Source: Camelus ferus
Taxonomy: Eukaryota
DNA length: 64,000 nt
Assembly: GCF_009834535.1 (NCBI RefSeq)
Contig: NC_045696.1
Location: 61,382,001-61,446,000, forward strand
Direction: 5' to 3'
The notes under the pieces are model-generated. The model saw nothing but the letters and a program-made list of their open reading frames with translations, was not told the DNA's origin and did not search any database. Both the position numbers and the translations under genes were made by a program. Below, piece by piece: positions 54,582 through 64,000 of the stretch (positions are counted from its first letter, which is position 1; the number at the start of each line of letters is the position of its first letter).

Positions 54582-55409
54582 TGAGCATTTTTTTTTAAAC
54601 AGTTAATTTTCATTAAAAATCTGAAAACAAAAATACTAATATATTAACAGTTTGGGTGATGGAAATAAATTTGTTATTTCTTATTTATACTTCTCTATGT
54701 TTTTTATTTCTAAAGTTTAAAACATATTAATAAAAATAAGAAAATACACCAAAATATTAAGTAGTAACTATCATGGGTATTAGAATTTTATGTAATTTTT
54801 TAAAAATTATGTGTATTGTCCAGGTTTATTACAATGAAAATGCATTACTACTAAAGACATTTCTTCCCTCCTAAAAGATATCTTTTAAAACGGGTAGATA
54901 GAAAGAAAGGACTTTTCAGATGGTATAGCATTATTAATAAGAGAGAGAGTACAGGGAGGAAAAGCACGAGATTAGCTCTGCTGACGTAGAGTGCGGCAGG
55001 ATGGAGTGTTAAGTAGGGCAAGTAGTTAAGGATTTGGCTGGAGAGACGGACTGAGGTCAGACCACAAGGGTACTGAATGGCAGGTAGAGGATTTGATATA
55101 TTGGTAGGAAAGACCACCAAAAATTATGAGGGAAAAGAGTCTCTGTACTTCCTGGTCTTTCTGCACACTGAGATTTCTTGGATAGTAGTTCAGTACAATG
55201 TTTTATTTCACACCTTCACCCTTTCCCACCATCTACAAAAACCTACATGAGTAAAAGTTATCAAATAATTGAGAAGACTAGACACTGAAGAGAAATTTGT
55301 GTTTGCTAGAATCCACAGCTTATGTCCTTTGTTTAAAAACAAAGGAGACAAATGAGTAAAATTGGATGTTTGAAGGGAACAAGTTATTTCCAATTATCAC
55401 CACTATTAC

Positions 55410-55543
55410 CTTTTAATTTATCTTTAATATTTTCTGATAAACGTTTTGTGAGCTGAGGCATTTCTTCTGGAGAGTATTCAGCATTTGCCAGTTCTTGCTT
55501 GAGTACAGCATGGATACAGTCTTTAACCACAGAGGGTCTGAAC
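55410..55543 (-). CDS. DYNLT2B: DYNLT2B exon 2
   Basis: tttag|G TTC...AAA G|gtaata; 134 nt; FRPSVVKDCIHAVLKQELANAEYSPEEMPQLTKRLSENIKDKLK. Confidence 0.96.
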
Positions 55544-55699
55544 CTAAATGAAAGTTTGAAACATCTAATTGGTGACTCTAAAACCATAATTGACCTTCAC
55601 AGCTCAACTTCCCCCAGTTTTTTGTCACTAAAACTATATAATCCTTCTTTTTTCATGTTTTTTATTATAAAAGTAGTAAAAACAAATAAAGAAAACAAG

Positions 55700-56740
55700 T
55701 CATATTCCAAATTTTTATCTCCAGCCTGGACCTCTCCCCTGAACTTCAGACCACACATTCCAACCCATATTCCATCTGGATGTCTAGTAGGCAACTCATA
55801 TGCAATACACCCAACACTGAGCTTCTGATCACATCCTCTTCCCAAAACTAGGTCCTCATCTCAGTCAATGGTAACTCCATTCTGCCAGTTGCTTAAGCCA
55901 AAAACCTTGGTGTCAGGTTGGCTGGCCTTCTCTCTCACTGCCCACATCCCATTCATGAGCAAATCTTGTAAGTTCTACCTTCAAAATAATCTAAAATTCA
56001 CTCTCACCACCCCACTACTACCACCTTGCTCCAAGCTACCATTACTTCTTGCCTGGATTTCAATGGCCTAACAAGTCTCTCTGTGTCTATCTTTGCCCCT
56101 GAATCCTGTTCTCAACACAGCAACTAGACTGGTGATATTAAAATATGTTGTTAGATCACTACACTCCTCTGTTGAAAATACCTCAAATATTTCCCATTTT
56201 AGAGTAAAAGCAACATTCTAATTGTGACTTACAAGGTCTCATATGATCTACCCTACCAAACTCTGTTATCTTGTTTTCTACTGCTTTGCCCCTAGTTCTC
56301 TCCACTCAGGCCACACTGGCATTCCCTGTGTGCTTTGACTACACCAGGAATGCAAACCTCAGTGCTTCTGCACTTGCTGTTAACCTTAGCCTGAAGTTCA
56401 ATTCCTCTCTTTATATGCATAGTTAACTCCTTCGCTTCTCTCAAGTTTTTATTCAAAAGTCACTTTCCCTAGCTACCTTCTCTAAAATGCTAAACCACCC
56501 TCCTACCACATCACTTTATCTCACCTTCTCCTGGTACTTATCACTATTTGATACACTATATGGTTCACTTACGTATTTATCTTGTTTGTTGTCCTTCTAC
56601 CCAGCTAGAACATAGGCTCCACAGGGGCAGAGATTTTTTAACCTGTTTTGTTCACTTTTACATCCCCATTTCCTAGAACAGCACCCAGTACACAGTAGAC
56701 AATATTTTTTGAAAAAATGAATTACTGAATAAATGAAGAC
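55700..56740 (+). mobile_element. L2 3' portion
   Basis: atctccagcctggacctctcccctgaacttcagac...ctagaacagcacccagtacacagtag...gaatgaa-type terminus. Confidence 0.85.
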
Positions 56741-57835
56741 AGACTAAAAAAGTCTCCCCAAATTTCACCACCCTAACACTACTACTAGCTTTTTAGTTGT
56801 ACTTATTACATATTAAAACACTAGGTTCCTTTTCTGGACTATATATTCTATAGGTTGATTTGTCTATCATGTGCCAAGTTACCAGAATGTTTAAAGTTGT
56901 GAGCTTATAATGTGGTTTAATATTTGGTAGTACTAGTGGTCCCTTATTATTTTTTAACAGTATTTTCTTTGGTCTCTTGCCTGCTTATTCTCACAGGTGA
57001 ACTTCAGCATCATGGACAAATTTCCCAGGATTTGATCTGTTCAAAATGTGGTCTTCCTGTTAACAAATGTACTATTTCTGGCTCTTCCCTTAAGCTGTTT
57101 CCACTCTCAGTAAAATATTAAAAGTTTTCTTCAAACAAGTTACAAATAATCTCGAAGGACTATTCCTACAAAATATGTATTTGTTGTTAATCTTGTTCTG
57201 TTTTACAAGAGAAACACAAATGAATGGTATTCTATGTATTTAAAATTTTTAACCAAGATAACTGAACACATCTTTTTTTATGTCCCTTCTACCCACTAGA
57301 AAACTGCTACATGAAATTTTCTATCGCATTATAACCAAAGTTCCTGGCTTCCAGTACTTGCTCAGCATTTGATTCAGGAACCTGGTTTCAAATACCAGAG
57401 GAGGAGCTTGGAAAAATCTTTTTTTAATTAATTTAATTTCTTAAAATCTTGTGAAAGTGAAGTTAGTGATGGATCCTACAGCCCTATCTGATTGTCCTCT
57501 GCACTAGACTGTGTGCCTTAATTCTGGGAAGGTATTGGGGTAGCTGGCCTCTGGACACTGCCTGGGTAAGACTGTATGTACATACAGGGCCTGTGCCCTG
57601 TAGAGGACGAGTAAGCGCATTCTGCCACACGTAGGCTGAGTGGCATTTGATGCAAGCCGCTTGATTTCTGCCCCTCTATTCCATTCATCTCAATTCCTCT
57701 GTGTTCACTTCCTGGATCTCTAGAGTCAACCATCCCCAAGGCGCTAGTCTAAGGCACTCCTCTCGCGGTAACACCGCCACTGCAGGTCGCGAGCTCTGCT
57801 ACCCGCTGCAGCAGGAAGCCCAAGGAGGACAGCGC

Positions 57836-58190
57836 CCCTCCCTCCCGGCTCGCCCCACCCCTTCCGGCCAGTCCCTCCTTTCCCAGCCCCGCCCCTTCCC
57901 TCTCGATTGTCCTCCACCCCCAGCCCAGGCTGCCTCCCTGGCCCGCCCCTCCTCCCCTATCCCCGCCCCGCCCTTCCCTCCCAAGTCCTTCCCTCCCTCC
58001 CCAGCCCATCCCTCTGCCTCTAACCCCGCCCCACTCCTCCATCCCAGCCCTGTTCCTCTGTCGCTAACCATGTCCCGCCTCTCCCTCCCAGCCCCGCCCC
58101 TCCGTCTCTAACCCCGCCCGCCCCTTCCCTCCAGCGCGCCCCGCCCCACCCCACCCCACCCCACCCTGCCGGCCCCTAGCGCGCTCCTTC
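57836..58190 (-). repeat. G-run-dense low-complexity tract (G4-prone) at the start of DYNLT2B intron 1
   Basis: Dozens of CCC+ runs on plus; repeated ccccgcccc; ctctaaccccgccc x2; (cccac)n. Confidence 0.85.
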
Positions 58191-58276
58191 CCTATCCCCA
58201 GGTTAGTAGGCGAGCTCTTCCCGCAGGAAGTGGCAGTTTCTCAGGTCGCCCACGCCACAGCCCGTCCGCTACCCGC

Positions 58277-58383
58277 CTTTGCTGGAAAATGGGCCGCAGA
58301 ATATAGGTATTCTCGGACTCCCCAGGGTTCTTCTCAGTATCGGGCAACCCATCGACCGCCGAGAAGGACTCCGTGACCGACAT
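58277..58383 (-). CDS. DYNLT2B: DYNLT2B exon 1 (GC donor)
   Basis: gccATG at 58383; MSVTESFSAVDGLPDTEKNPGESENTYILRPIFQQ + AG|gcgggt; total CDS 423 nt = 140 aa. Confidence 0.93.
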
Positions 58384-58399
58384 GGCCTAAGCTTCTTGG

Positions 58400-58600
58400 A
58401 CCCTCGCGAAGAAGGCTTAGCCCGCGGGGGCAGCACGGATCTGGGAAACCGTCGCCAGGGCGACAGGGCCGCCCAAGGCCCTGACGTGACGCGGCCGCGC
58501 ACTCTGCGCCGTGCGGCCCGCCCTTTTCCGGGGCTCTCACCCCCCCCACCCCCCCACGCCCCCATGCGCCTGCGCACCCGCTCCTGGACCGGAACTGGCC
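58400..58600. promoter_or_regulatory. DYNLT2B CpG-island promoter with X-box, CRE-like and NRF1-like sites
   Basis: GTCGCCAGGGCGAC at 58451-58464 (RFX X-box-like palindrome); TGACGTGA at 58482-58489; TGCGCCTGCGCA at 58565-58576. Confidence 0.8.
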
Positions 58601-58869
58601 AAGCCAGAGTGACCATAAGTAGGTAAAGACTGATTTGTCTCTTGTTTACAAAGTACTTCAACAGGCGTCAGCTCTTATTAACGTGCTGCAACCGTAGGAA
58701 GTTGTCAGGGAACCTGAGGCCCATAGAGGCCCAAGGATACACAGGTAGTGAGCGGCAGGTGGAACTGAGCTGTACTTTGCTGGAGTTCTTGGTGACAGAC
58801 CCTCTGTGTTCCCCGCTTCTTACTTGTTAAAAAAAAAAAAAAAAAAAAGCTTTAGTCTTCTAGGTGGCT

Positions 58870-59280
58870 GGAGTTCCAAAGAATAGACTCAAGCAGTTAA
58901 TGATTAGAAAAATGGAAAAGCAAGAGAAAAGGAAAAGCAGTCAAGCAAGAAAAGTAATAATTTAAATAGTAGTTATAGGACTCCTCTTTTCTTAAGTTAT
59001 TTTTACAGAAAGGAGCACCCCACCACGTGGAAACTGCTGATCACAAACACATAGACCTAGGCTGGAGCCAGAGAGTTGAATGAGATTCCTGAAACTTCAC
59101 CATATCACCACATCACTAACCAATCAGAAGAATGTCCAGAAGCTGATCAGGCACCCTGTGACTCTGACTCCTACTGTCTCTCTGAAAGCCACTGGGGAAT
59201 TTGGGTCTTTTGAGAACTAGCTGCCCATTCTCTTTGCTTGGTGCCCTGCAATATACACTGTACTTACCTTCACCATAAGC
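58870..59280 (+). mobile_element. ERV1-type LTR fragment
   Basis: aaccaatcagaagaatgtcc...gctgatca; gggtcttttgag...ttctctttgcttggtgccctgcaatatac (decayed polyA signal). Confidence 0.6.
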
Positions 59281-59800
59281 TTGCCAGCTTCAAAAACTAA
59301 GAAAATTAATTCCCCCAGTATCTATCCTGACCAAAGATCCCCAAGTGGGAGAGAGGGAGGTTCTCTGCTTTCCAGATTCCACATTGAAGCAGCTGTGGCA
59401 TCACAGTTCTCCAGCAAAACCCTCTTGTGCCTCCCCTCTGTGCTTCTGAGTGTCTGCTGGGAAAACACTTCCTTCCCTCTTTGCTGGGCTATTTCTAGAA
59501 TCAGTTCAGATACAACTGAAGCCTTCCTTTATGAAGGCTTCTCTTCAGAGGTTCCGTGTTCCTCAGAGCTCTCGTTACACCCTGTGTGGACCTCTAACAT
59601 GGCCCTTACTATATGACATTTAAATTATCGGTAGATCTGTTTCCCTAACCTGACCATGAGCTTTTCAAGGACAGGGCAGGGTCTAAGGGCAAGGACCATA
59701 TCTTGGTCATTTCTGAATTCACAGTGTACGGCAGTGCCGAGGGTCCTCAGTATATACCACTTATTGAACTGAACTGAACACTAATGGAAAGAACAATGGC

Positions 59801-60019
59801 GGATTAGTCAGCTCAGGCTACCATAACAAAATCCCACAGACTGGGTTGCTTAAACAACAGAAATTTATTTTCTTGAGGCTGGAAATCCAAAATCAAAGTG
59901 CCAAAAAGGTTGGTTTCTACTGAAGCTTCTCTCCCTGGCTTGCAGTTGGTTACCTTCTGATTGCGTCCTCACATGGCCTTTTCCTCTGTGCTCCCATGGA
60001 GAGAGAGAGCTGGTATCTC
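59801..60019 (-). mobile_element. MLT1A-like LTR, first half (continues at 62065-62222)
   Basis: ataacaaaatcccacagactgggttgcttaaacaacagaaatttattt...gagagagagctggtatctc. Confidence 0.8.
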
Positions 60020-60059
60020 AGTCTCCCACCCCCCTCTATTAGCATGCAGTAAATAATCA

Positions 60060-61160
60060 CAAATATTCAGTTCTATCTCTAGACTCCCTGGTCTGTTTCA
60101 TAAATTTGTCTGTCCGTTTAATGTACCACACTGTTATAATTACTGTAGCTTTATATTTGGTTTTATTATCTAGCAGAGTTAGTCCCACCTACTGCCTGCT
60201 TCTTCAGAAATCCCACCTTACCTCCTGGCTCTCTTAGATTGTTCATTTCTCATGTAAGCTTTAGAACCAGCTTATCTAATTCCATACCCTTTTCCACCAA
60301 ATCTCATTGGTGATTTTATTAATCATGTTAAATTTATAAACAAAAATAACAAGAAAAGAGAAAAAACTAAAAATAAAAAAGAAGGAAAAAACAAAAAATA
60401 AATAAGAACAAAAATGAAAAAAAATTTATAGATTAGCTTAAGGGCATTTACATTTTATGATGTTTAACTCTTCCTGTCCAAGTTCATAATAAGCCGTTAT
60501 GTTTGTTCAAGTTTATTTTATGTCCTTCAGCAATATTGTAAAGTTATCCTCAGTAAGTATTTTACCTCGTTATATTTTAACTAGGTTTTTTTCTTCTTTA
60601 TTTCTAATGTAAATGGGATTTCCCAATCTCCATATCTATTAACTGCTTGTTTGTGTATATGAAGATTTTTTTGTTCCATGTATTTATTTTGTACCCATAC
60701 AACTTATGGAATTCTCTTGTTTGTAATATAATTAATTTGGGTTCTCTACATGTGTAATCATATTGCCTGCATACAATATCTTTACCTCCTTTCCAATTTT
60801 ATATCTATAAATTTCCTTTTGAATACTTGCTTGGGCTAATACCTCAAGAACAATATTAAATGGTAATAATGATGGTGAGTGTCATTGTCTTATTTGCAAC
60901 TCTAATGAAATTGTTTCTAGTATTCCTTCATTAAGCATGATGCTGACTTTTGGGTTGAGATACATATGTTGTATTAAGACAAGGAGGTACCCATATTTTC
61001 TCATTTTATTAAGAGTTTTATCAAGAATTTATGTTGAATTTTATCAAATACCTTTTCAGCATTTATGAAGAAAATCATAGGATTTTCCCTTTTTAAGTCT
61101 ATTAATATAGGTGAATAAATGTTCTAAAACTTAATCATGCTTTTATTTATTCTGGAAACA
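60060..61160 (-). mobile_element. Highly diverged L1M ORF2-region fragment
   Basis: taccacactgttataattactgtagctttata; tgttgaattttatcaaatacctttt motifs. Confidence 0.7.
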
Positions 61161-61168
61161 CATCCTAC

Positions 61169-62055
61169 TTTTTTTTTTTTGAGGTATAACTGACATATAA
61201 CATTATATTAGTTTCAGGTGTACAACATAATGATTCAATATTTGTATCTATTGCAAAATGATCACCACAATAACATCTGTCACTATATATAGTTACAAAA
61301 TATTTTTTTCTTGTGATAAGGACTTTTAAGATCTCTTAGCAACTTTCAAATGTACAATACAATATTATTAACTATAGTCACCATTTGTACATTACATCCC
61401 CAGGAATTAACTATTTTATAACTGGAAGTTTGTGCCTTTTGACCCCCTTCACCCATTTCTCTCACCCCCCCACCCCCTGCCTCTGGCAACCAGCAGTCTT
61501 CACTGTATCTATGAACTTAGTCTTGTTGTTTTAAATTCCACATATAAGCGAGATCATACGATATTTCTTTCTCTGCCTGACTCATTTCACCTAGTATAAC
61601 ACCCTCAAGGTCCATCCATGTTGTGTGTGTGTGTCTGTGTGTATACCACATCTTCTTTATCCATTCATCCATTGATGGATGCTTAGGTTGTTTCCATAGC
61701 TTAGCTATTGAAAATAATGCTGCACTGAATGTGAGGGTACAGATACCTTTTAGAATTAGTGTTTTTGTTTTGTTCAGCTAAATACCCAGAAGTGGAATTG
61801 CTGGATCATATGGTATTCTTTTTTAATTTTTTGAGGAACCTCCATTTGTTTACCACAGTGGTTCCACCAATTTATATTCCCACCAACAGTGCACAAGGGT
61901 TTCATTATCTCCACATCCTCACCAGCATTCTTGCCTGTTATTTCTTGCCTTTTTGATAATAGCCATTCTAACAGGTATAAGATGATAGCTTACTGTGGTT
62001 TTGATTTGCATTTCCCTGATGATTAGTGATGCTGAGCATCTTTTCCTGTACTTGT
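61169..62055 (-). mobile_element. L1 3' end with poly(A)
   Basis: T-run at 61169-61180, then gaggtataactgacatataac...gtggttttgatttgcatttccctgatgattagtgat. Confidence 0.9.
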
Positions 62056-62064
62056 TTTCTCAAC

Positions 62065-62222
62065 CTCTTCTTATAAAGATGCCAGTCTTACCGGATTAGG
62101 GTCCCACACTTATGACTCCACTTAACCTTAATTAGCTCCTTAAAGGTCCTATCTCCAAAGTCACATTGGGGATTGGAGTCCAACCTATGAATCTGGAGGG
62201 CACACAGTTCAGTCCATAAAGA
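62065..62222 (-). mobile_element. MLT1A-like LTR, second half
   Basis: ctcttcttataaag...attagggtcccacacttatgac...cacacagttcagtccata. Confidence 0.8.
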
Positions 62223-62438
62223 CTAGTGAACTTGAATTTAGCAGGTAGCTGCTCAGGTACTGACTTTACCTGAACCTAGTTGAGTGCTTTTAGACAGCAA
62301 GTCCAGTATTCTCTGGGAGCCTTGACTTCATCTGTAACGTGTGGTCAATTTCATGAGGCTGTTGAGAGGATGAAACAAGATCATGACTGGAGGACATTTT
62401 ATGGATTATAAGTTCCTAAACAATAATAGACTTAATTA

Positions 62439-62444
62439 TTTATT
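62439..62444 (-). terminator. Candidate TM4SF19 polyadenylation signal
   Basis: AATAAA on minus ~200 nt after the stop. Confidence 0.55.
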
Positions 62445-62646
62445 CTATTAATATATCACCTTGCAGTTTACAGTGTGACTTAAAATGCATTGTATCATTC
62501 AACACACATGGAGGAAATTATTATTGTTATGATTACCACATGATTACCTAAAAGGGAAGTTTGTTTATAACTCATACCCACTACTGGCAGAAAGGATTCA
62601 AGGCAGCTAATGATGAAAACACTCATGTATGAGAGGACATTACCTG

Positions 62647-62827
62647 TCACTTCCCACACAGGCTGCAGAAAAGGCCCAGGAAGCTGCTGATGAAATGAAT
62701 GACCACCAGGAGAATCTGGAGGAGGCTGATGCACAGAAGGGCGGAGAAGAAGCACACGTGCCAAACAACAGCTTTAAAAGGCTCCAGGCAGACAGAGTTC
62801 CAGAGTGAATGGTCATAGAGATAATTC
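62647..62827 (-). CDS. TM4SF19: Transmembrane 4 L six family member 19, last coding exon
   Basis: atag|G AAT...; NYLYDHSLWNSVCLEPFKAVVWHVCFFSALLCISLLQILLVVIHFISSFLGLFCSLCGK*. Confidence 0.92.
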
Positions 62828-63066
62828 CTATCCTCAAAAATAAGGAGACCAGGGGTTGAGGAATAAGTAAGAAAAGCCCCACCAACCTCAGTAGAAAACT
62901 GGGTTGTCCCTCAGCTCAGGTTGTAGCACTAGACTTTTGAGAGTGACTACTGTTGCTGCATTTGCAATCTTCTGAGCAACAGAGAAGCAAGATGCTAGAA
63001 TGTGTGGCCATTGGTGTGTCTTTCTCTCTCTGAAGAGAATGCAAATCCAAATTTCTATCCATTTAC

Positions 63067-63236
63067 CTGGTATGCAGGTCCTTGAATGGGTAACCATATT
63101 TCCAAGCCTGTGTCTGATTGAAGGATGAGACATCAAACATGCAAAAGGGACCATCTTTCAGAGCTACTCCAGAAGTGATAAAGCAAATCAAGGCTCCAAG
63201 CAAAGCCAGGCCACTTGACAACAGAACAGTAAGCAT
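63067..63236 (-). CDS. TM4SF19: TM4SF19 penultimate coding exon
   Basis: ctgcag|ATG...ACC AG|gtaaat; 170 nt; MLTVLLSSGLALLGALICFITSGVALKDGPFCMFDVSSFNQTQAWKYGYPFKDLHT. Confidence 0.93.
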
Positions 63237-63713
63237 CTGCAGATGGACAGAAGAAACAGTGAGCCTGAGATGGGATCGTGGCTAAGTAACTGTTGGGGCG
63301 ATCTGGCCAAGTCTAACTTCTCTGGTGCTCAGGCTTTCCCCCATCATGGGGATAATCCGACCCACAGCACCTCCTATAAAGCAGAACCAGGGTAGGGTTG
63401 GCTGATGAGGGGTTGGCTGGGTAGAGCCAGGAAGAGATGAAGAGAAGGGCAGAGAAGGAGGAAACACTGGCACCTGGACCCGGCAGCAGGCTCAGCCTGA
63501 TTCAGCAGGCTCTTCTGAGCATCTCAGCAGATTGGCATCAATAACTTTTACAGACTGCAGCCATTCAGCCTCTGCGTTAAAGGGTGGGATTTGTTATTGC
63601 AAGCCCACCTCTGAACTTTTTACGGGAAATCTGTATTTTTTCCAAAATTCCAAGTTGCCATCCCTGACTTCTCTCTTTCTCAAATCAAGCATGAAAAGAA
63701 AGAAGAGCAGAAT

Positions 63714-63786
63714 GGGGGAAAGGAGGAAGGAAGGAAGGGAGGAAGGGAGGGAGGGAGGAAGGGAGAAAGAGAGAGAGACAGAGAAA
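63714..63786. repeat. GGAA/GGGA/GA purine-rich simple repeat
   Basis: ggaaggaaggaagggaggaagggagggagggaggaagggagaaagagagagag. Confidence 0.85.
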
Positions 63787-64000
63787 TTCCAGTCAACTCT
63801 GAAATGATTCCAGTTCTGTCACTGTACTTTTCTAGTCTGTACACCACTTCCCTCCCAAAATATAACAATGTGTTTATTTCTTGGCAGGATTCTAACTTCC
63901 AAATTGGTTTCTTTCTCAGGATACTAGATTTTTTTCTCTCCTTCCTAAAGAACACATATTTTTAAAATTTAAATAAAACATATACATATATATATATATA

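Noticed and set aside
58267..58273. GT donor for DYNLT2B exon 1
   Set aside because: Gives phase 0 while exon 2 needs phase 2; only the GC donor restores ...QQRFRPS...
58269..58661. 130-aa and neighbouring ORFs at the DYNLT2B CpG island (also 57701-58111, 57749-58071)
   Set aside because: Low-complexity G/R/P translations expected from stop-poor GC-rich DNA; no recognisable domain.

Overview
Mammalian nuclear DNA, probably a camelid (Vic-1-like tRNA-Ala SINEs; no Alu, Bov-tA or PRE-1 seen). It is the syntenic block SLC51A(+) ><- PCYT1A(-) <- DYNLT2B/TCTEX1D2(-) <- TM4SF19(-). I reconstructed the exons by hand from splice signals and frame continuity: SLC51A coding exons 3-9; PCYT1A complete (368 aa, non-coding exon 1 in a CpG island at ~44.3 kb, ~3.9 kb 3'UTR); DYNLT2B complete (140 aa, needs a GC-AG first intron); and the last two TM4SF19 exons. 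Most of the rest is interspersed repeat (L1, L2, MIR, MaLR/ERV LTR, hAT MERs). The most unusual items are: ~11 degenerate GGTCACAGTCCCCTC motifs with variable spacers at the start of PCYT1A intron 1; splice architecture that permits TM4SF19>DYNLT2B>PCYT1A read-through; a tailless U4 snRNA retrocopy with a perfect TSD; an L1-retroposed polyadenylated LTR fragment; a tRNA-SINE/L1 composite in one TSD; and a MaLR LTR split by ~2 kb of L1 sequence. No new protein-coding system is supported. Gene and repeat names come from recognition, not database searches.
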